From an uncultured Lentisphaeria bacterium (GTDB taxonomy: Bacteria > Verrucomicrobiota > Lentisphaeria > JABSQK01 > JAJFLO01), in NCBI GenBank assembly GCA_951812855.1, contig OX638337.1, positions 1,740,001 through 1,772,000 on the forward strand: 32,000 nucleotides of DNA, written 5' to 3'. Made by a program: the position numbers and the translations under genes. Below, in pieces: positions 27,726 through 32,000 of the stretch. The notes beneath the pieces were generated by a model. The model ran no database searches. It had not been told where the DNA came from and saw only the letters and a list, made by a program, of their open reading frames with translations. The first letter of the stretch is position 1; each line of letters starts with the position of its first letter.

Positions 27726-27863
27726 GGGCTGTTTGCACTTAATCGGCAGCAGCATTCAATAAATAGACAGCATAATAAGTGAGACTTAGAATACAAGACA
27801 GTTACAATTACAGTGTTGCATATTCTAATCAATTTTAAATTCCGGGAACAGGAGAAGATAATA

Positions 27864-28493
27864 ATGATTTCGGCACTGGAAGCACTCGAACGGCTGCAAG
27901 AAGGAAATCGTCGCTTTATAGACGAGGATTGCTGTAACGAATCTATTACCCGTCAGGAACGGCGAATTGAATTAAGCGGGGGACAGGAACCGTTTGCCAT
28001 CATTCTGGGCTGTTCAGATTCCAGAGTTCCAGCTGAGATTGTTTTTGACCAGGGTTTAGGAGATCTGTTTGTCATACGTGTTGCCGGGAATATTGTTACG
28101 CCCCCACAAATTGGGAGCATTGAATATGCTGCAGAGGGTTTTGGTACCCGGCTTGTTGTTATTCTAGGGCACTCCGGATGCGGTGCGGTTTTGGCAACTC
28201 TGGAGGAACTTCAGCAGAATAAAAAACATAATTCGTGTCATATTTGTTCAATTATCGATCAAATTCGGCCTTCTATAGAACACTTATTGACCACTGAACT
28301 TGTGAATGATCAAGAGGCGTTAATGCACCATTCCGTTCGTGCAAATATACGTGCTGCTGCAAACCGACTTCGACATGAATCAACAGTTCTGCAGCGGTTG
28401 ATTCAGAACAATGGTCTCCTTATAATGGGAGCAGAATATTCATTGGAGACAGGTTTAGTAGATTTCTTTAAGGGTTTACCGGAAAACGATTAG
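27864..28493 (+). CDS. Beta-class carbonic anhydrase
   Basis: MISALEALERLQEGNRRF...ILGCSDSRVPAEIVFDQGLGDLFVIRVAGN...LGHSGCGAV carries the zinc ligands C, H, C and the D-R dyad. ATG at 27864, with AGGAGA 8 nt upstream, is preferred over the upstream start at 27813 used by the track. Confidence 0.9.
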   Translation: MISALEALERLQEGNRRFIDEDCCNESITRQERRIELSGGQEPFAIILGCSDSRVPAEIVFDQGLGDLFVIRVAGNIVTPPQIGSIEYAAEGFGTRLVVILGHSGCGAVLATLEELQQNKKHNSCHICSIIDQIRPSIEHLLTTELVNDQEALMHHSVRANIRAAANRLRHESTVLQRLIQNNGLLIMGAEYSLETGLVDFFKGLPEND

Positions 28494-28501
28494 TTATCTA
28501 T

Positions 28502-28910
28502 TCATGATTTTCGCTTTGGAAAATGTCTAATTTTTATCTGAAAATTTTCTAACTTATTTTTTCTTTTTTCTGACAGTGAATTATAAATATCTCCGGTGTT
28601 ATCCCGATATTGATCGTTTCCCTCTATAGCTTTTCAAATCGCTTTTTTTCGTTCTTTCGGCATGGCCTTGCAAACTTCAACAGCTCTTCCTTTATACTGT
28701 TTGCAGAATGATTCAAGAGAATCTAAAAACTGATCTCCTTCCCGGCAGTTTACATTGGAATTTTTTATAGATCGTATGTAAAACCCGGCAGCGGGTTGCT
28801 ACAGCAAAAATAACAACAAATGAAGGGGTTGAGCGAATTGTACTTTTTTGTGTTCCACAAATGAATGCGACTTTTCCAGTTAAGAATAACAAAACCAAAT
28901 AACTAACCAT
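28502..28910 (-). pseudogene. Possible decayed gene for a small secreted protein of unknown family
   Basis: ATG at 28910 gives a signal-like MVSYLVLLFLTGKVAFICG. After a frame change near 28800 the best-looking reading is QPAAGFYIRSIKNSNVNCREGDQFLDSLESFCKQYKGRAVEVCKAMPKERKKAI-TGA(28634-28636)-KAIEGNDQYRDNTGDIYNSLSEKRKNKLENF..., ending at 28502. Confidence 0.35.
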
Positions 28911-28966
28911 GGTTGTCGATGTTACAAATAAAAAATGGAATTTAAAATTATTGCAAATTCGACACT

Positions 28967-29435
28967 TTAGTGATGATACCGATGTCCTTCAATAATCGTG
29001 AATGTCCGATAAATCTGCTCAAGTAGAATCAAGCGGACCGATTGATGTGGAAACGTCATCAACGACAGGCTTAATAAATTTGCATTGTTAAATCTTTTTA
29101 TATCAATTCCACAGGCACCGCCAATGAATGAAGTTAACTCGACCATGCTGACTGATTTTCAGTGAATCTAAACAATCTGTAAATTTTGTCGAATTAAATT
29201 GTTTAACCGTTTCAGTTAATAATATCACGTAATCTTTATTGTTAAGATTATCCAGTATCTGTTGTATTTCTTTAAAGCGGGTTTGGTCTGTTGAATTGGG
29301 TATGGCAATTGGTTTCAATTCCATACCCAATTCAACAGGTGCGAACTTTTCAATGCGTCTTTTATAGCCATCGATATTAGTTTTTAAGTAAGAGTCCCGA
29401 GTTTTACCAATCTAAATAAATCGGATTTTATACAT
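28967..29435 (-). pseudogene. rlmH: 23S rRNA (pseudouridine1915-N3)-methyltransferase RlmH, inactivated by nonsense codon and frameshift
   Basis: ATG at 29435 gives MYKIRFI-TAG(29412-29414)-IGKTRDSYLKTNIDGYKRRIEKF...KDYVILLTETVKQFNSTKFTDCL...GRVNFI. The frame changes at 29121-29132 (ttcattcattgg). It then reads [55 protein letters not shown] (28967-28969). This is full-length collinearity with the SPOUT RlmH family. Confidence 0.8.
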
Positions 29436-29504
29436 GATTACGTTCCGGTGATTTTAAATTGCAGCGATTATTCAGGTTTATTTCCTGTAAAAACCAAACA
29501 AATA

Positions 29505-30503
29505 TCAAAGAAGTTCTGCTATTTGCACTGCATTCAAAGCTGCACCTTTAAGAAGTTGGTCACCGCAAATGAACAAAGACAACCCATTTTCACTGCTTAT
29601 GTCATCACGAATACGACCGACAGCAACAAAATCTTGACCGTTTACGTCAATTGGCATTGGAAATTTATTATTACATCTATCATCGATTACTCTTACTCCG
29701 GATGCATCTGAGAGTATTTTTTTGGCTTCTTCAACACTTACTTTCCGCTCTTGTTCGATGACAACAGATTCAGCATGTGCCCTTAAAACAGGAACTCGGA
29801 TCGTCGTCGGGCATATCTGCAACGATTGATCATTAAGAATTTTGCGAGATTCGTTGACCATCTTTTGTTCTTCTTCGCAATAGCCGTTTTCAAAAATGGT
29901 GCTGTTATGACTGAACAGATTAAATGCTATTTGATGTGGAAATGCGTTAACGGTTATTTCCTTATTTTCCAGAATCCGGGAGGTTTGCGTCCTTAGCTCT
30001 TCCATTGCTTTTGCCCCGGCTCCGCTGGCACTCTGGTAGGTGGAAACAATAATTCTGGTAATTCGGGAAAGATCATACAATGGTTTTAAAACGACCAGTA
30101 AGATAATTGTTGTGCAATTGGGGTTGGCAATAATACCGTGATGTTTTTTTACGTCTTCCGGATTGACCTCGGGAACGACCAATGGAACAGAATCATCCAT
30201 CCGAAATGCACTGGAATTATCAATAACAACCGTACCACTATTTACTGCTGCGGGAGCGAATTCTTTTGAACGCCCGCCGCCTGCGCTAAAAAGGGCAATA
30301 TCGATATCGTCAAATGAGTTTTGATTTAATTCTTGAACTGCGATATTCTGTCCACAATATCTCAACGACTTTCCAGCGGAGCGTTTTGATGCTAATAATG
30401 TCAGATTTTTTACCGGGAATTTACGTTCTTCTAATGTTTTGATCATTTCGATGCCAACAGCACCCGTTGCTCCGGCAATTGCGACATTAAAATTTTTACT
30501 CAT
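29505..30503 (-). CDS. asd: Aspartate-semialdehyde dehydrogenase
   Basis: 332 aa with MSKNFNVAIAGATGAVG (NADP-binding), the active-site Cys block IIANPNCTTI and SGAGAKAMEEL. Confidence 0.95.
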   Translation of the reverse strand: MSKNFNVAIAGATGAVGIEMIKTLEERKFPVKNLTLLASKRSAGKSLRYCGQNIAVQELNQNSFDDIDIALFSAGGGRSKEFAPAAVNSGTVVIDNSSAFRMDDSVPLVVPEVNPEDVKKHHGIIANPNCTTIILLVVLKPLYDLSRITRIIVSTYQSASGAGAKAMEELRTQTSRILENKEITVNAFPHQIAFNLFSHNSTIFENGYCEEEQKMVNESRKILNDQSLQICPTTIRVPVLRAHAESVVIEQERKVSVEEAKKILSDASGVRVIDDRCNNKFPMPIDVNGQDFVAVGRIRDDISSENGLSLFICGDQLLKGAALNAVQIAELL

Positions 30504-31222
30504 TCAGTACCTTAATTTCTATCAATTTAAGATTGATTCATTAAACCATATTCTAAAATCGTCCTGCAAATAATATCAAATAAGCTCATAGTCTAATCTA
30601 ATAGCATTTTACAAAAAGACAATTGTGGGAAAGGTTAATTCAGTCTGAAAAATAAGGCTGAATGGACCGATCAGGTGATTGGTGATTTCTTGTCGATAAA
30701 ATTGGACTCGGTCCCGTATCATTTCACCTGGAACATGCATAGGGTATTGCGACTTTGACTATAGTGAATATTCTTAATTTTAAAGGGAGATTTAAGATTT
30801 TGGGTTTTTTTGATCATTGTGTAAAGGATTCCAGGCGTCAATTGATTCAGATTGAGCATGCAATTTACGACCAATCTTTTTTTTGCTGCCGATAAATTAG
30901 TTTAATCTACTGTTATTAGATAGACGATTGTTTTGACCAACATGAAGTTTATGATTCAGTTCTTCCCCTTCGATTGCACAGAATACAAGCCAATGAAATA
31001 AAGAGAGGTCTCAGGTATTAAGGCCGATGACCGGGACGAATCATTTAGCAATCATTTGTTGTTAATAACATTTTACGTATAGTCAGGATGCATTATTATT
31101 AATTTAGAGATTTTTAAATTGATATCAGGCACTATTATTTACTCATGATAAAGTATTTGTGCTTAATCACTGCATTTGTCAGAAAAATTGACAAAGAATC
31201 CTAAATTGGAGTTTATTTGAGA

Positions 31223-32000
31223 ATGTCAGAACCAGGTATGGCAAAAGCATATAATCCGAAGGAATGCGAAGAAAAATGGTATGATCAGTGGGATAGAAGC
31301 GGACACTTTCACGGTCATGTAAATGATGATAAAGAATCTTATACGATTGTTATCCCGCCACCCAATGTTACCGGTGTTCTCACGCTGGGCCATGTCCTCA
31401 ATAATACATTGCAGGATATTTTAATTCGATGGCAGAAAATGATGGGAAAAGAAGTTTGCTGGGTACCCGGAACTGATCATGCAGGAATTGCCACTCAGGC
31501 AAAGGTCGAGGCATATTTGAAAGAGGAGGAATCGTTAACACGATTTGATCTTGGCCGGGAAAAATTTCTGGGAAGGGTATGGGAGTGGAAAGAAAAATAC
31601 GGAGGTACAATCATCCGTCAGCTAAAAACCCTTGGTGTTTGCTGTGACTGGAGAAGGGAACGATTTACGCTTGATGATGGATTGTCAGATGCCGTGCAGG
31701 ATGTCTTTATCCGGTTGTATGAAAAAGGGCTTATATACAAAGGTAAACGTATTATCAACTGGTGTCCGAAATCACACACTGCGTTATCAGATGAAGAAGT
31801 TATCTATCGGTCGGCCAAAGGATCATTGTGGTATATAAACTATCCGATTAAAGATGGTTCAGGACATATAACCGTAGCAACCACCCGCCCCGAAACGATG
31901 CCGGGAGATACCGGAATTGCAGTTAACCCAGATGATGATCGATTTAAACACCTAATTGGTCAATCAGCCATTCTTCCGTTGGTGAATCGTGAAATCCCGA
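31223..32000 (+). CDS. valS: Valyl-tRNA synthetase, 5' part (continues beyond the window)
   Basis: MSEPGMAKAYNPKECEEKWYDQW...IVIPPPNVTGVLTLGHVLNNTLQDILIRWQKMMGKEVCWVPGTDHAGIATQ...INWCPKSHTALSDEEV...ATTRPETMPGDTGIAVNP. The frame is open to base 32000. It is not in the ORF track because it has no stop. Confidence 0.95.
   Translation, partial: MSEPGMAKAYNPKECEEKWYDQWDRSGHFHGHVNDDKESYTIVIPPPNVTGVLTLGHVLNNTLQDILIRWQKMMGKEVCWVPGTDHAGIATQAKVEAYLKEEESLTRFDLGREKFLGRVWEWKEKYGGTIIRQLKTLGVCCDWRRERFTLDDGLSDAVQDVFIRLYEKGLIYKGKRIINWCPKSHTALSDEEVIYRSAKGSLWYINYPIKDGSGHITVATTRPETMPGDTGIAVNPDDDRFKHLIGQSAILPLVNREIP

Noticed and set aside
28634-28636. In-frame TGA might indicate a TGA-to-Trp or TGA-to-Gly alternative genetic code
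   Set aside because: TGA clearly terminates well-conserved genes at their expected ends in this window, such as the ClpX paralogue at 1890-1892 and trpG at 23730-23732. No other conserved gene needs TGA read-through. A nonsense mutation is the simpler explanation.
29448-29711. 87-aa plus-strand ORF at the asd 3' end
   Set aside because: It is antisense to the well-conserved asd C-terminus and resembles no family.

Overview
AT-rich bacterial chromosomal window, probably from an uncultivated lineage; I cannot place it taxonomically from the sequence alone. Intact genes are mostly core metabolism and housekeeping: a ClpX-family AAA+ ATPase, hisF, hisH, a DAACS transporter, a FabI-like reductase, a TRAP solute-binding protein, thrC, an archaeal-type IMP cyclohydrolase (purO), murJ, cca, a membrane vWA protein, trpE, trpG, trpF, rpsO, folK, a beta-carbonic anhydrase, asd and the 5' end of valS. 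There are two tRNAs (Ser-GCU, CAU) and a RelE/RHH toxin-antitoxin pair. The most striking signal is not a new multi-gene system but a high density of decayed genes, about ten loci in 32 kb. These are a carbamoyltransferase and its SxtK-like partner, an SGNH-like remnant, a ~2.3 kb surface metalloprotease/PKD/cadherin gene, a response regulator, rlmH, a small secreted protein, IS1595 and IS3 remnants, and possibly a GIY-YIG gene and a GNAT. The lesion types are mixed: in-frame nonsense codons, homopolymer frameshifts, an 11-bp tandem duplication and large internal deletions. This looks like ongoing reductive evolution that spares amino-acid biosynthesis and core functions. The best candidates for unexplored biology are the zinc-finger-less ClpX paralogue coupled to an unknown upstream gene, the stand-alone membrane vWA protein, and the tRNA-Ser/GIY-YIG/toxin-antitoxin islet. 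None is demonstrably a novel system from sequence alone. No CRISPR array, rRNA or intact mobile element was seen.
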